A DNA stretch of 64,000 nt from Macrostomum lignano. Lineage: Eukaryota. Positions 63,904 through 64,000 of this stretch are shown one piece after another. The DNA lies in assembly GCA_002269645.1 (NCBI GenBank), contig NIVC01000741.1, positions 1 to 64,000 on the forward strand, given 5' to 3'. Every line of letters begins with the position of its first letter. The first letter of the stretch is position 1. Below the pieces are notes generated by a model. The model was not told the origin of the DNA. It saw only the letters and a list, made by a program, of their open reading frames with translations, and did no database searches. The translations under genes and the position numbers were made by a program.

Positions 63904-64000
63904 GCGGACATTTACTTCATTACTTTAACAGTAAACAGTTTTCCATTTAAATACACAGTTGTGCGAGCATATACGTATAAAACTAATGCTATGTTGATGA

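Overview
Eukaryotic (animal) genomic DNA with GC-rich exons. Roughly a third of the window is tandem repeat, mostly inside introns and gene spacers. This style resembles a free-living flatworm such as Macrostomum, which is my inference and not proven by the sequence. Genes rebuilt by hand from splice sites: a frameshifted peroxidasin-like gene (-, 103-2639, runs off the window), an intronless ankyrin-repeat gene (+), and a head-to-tail run of six minus-strand genes (CARHSP1-like, TRAF7-like, two TREX-family DEDDh exonucleases, NSUN2, otoferlin). The otoferlin gene has 30 constitutive coding exons plus two tandem, same-phase alternative last exons encoding two different transmembrane tails, paralleling the alternative C-terminal exons of mammalian OTOF. 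The six-gene run looks like a possible trans-spliced operon. Almost every long intron and every spacer holds a tandem array, mostly of a unit found nowhere else in the window, and one (GACA)n block is inverted relative to its neighbours around the second TREX gene. The last 6.4 kb is AT-rich transposon debris (mariner relic, Mutator-like MITE, Ginger-like integrase relic split by a palindromic MITE). Most long ORFs in the supplied track are read-throughs of repeats, not genes.
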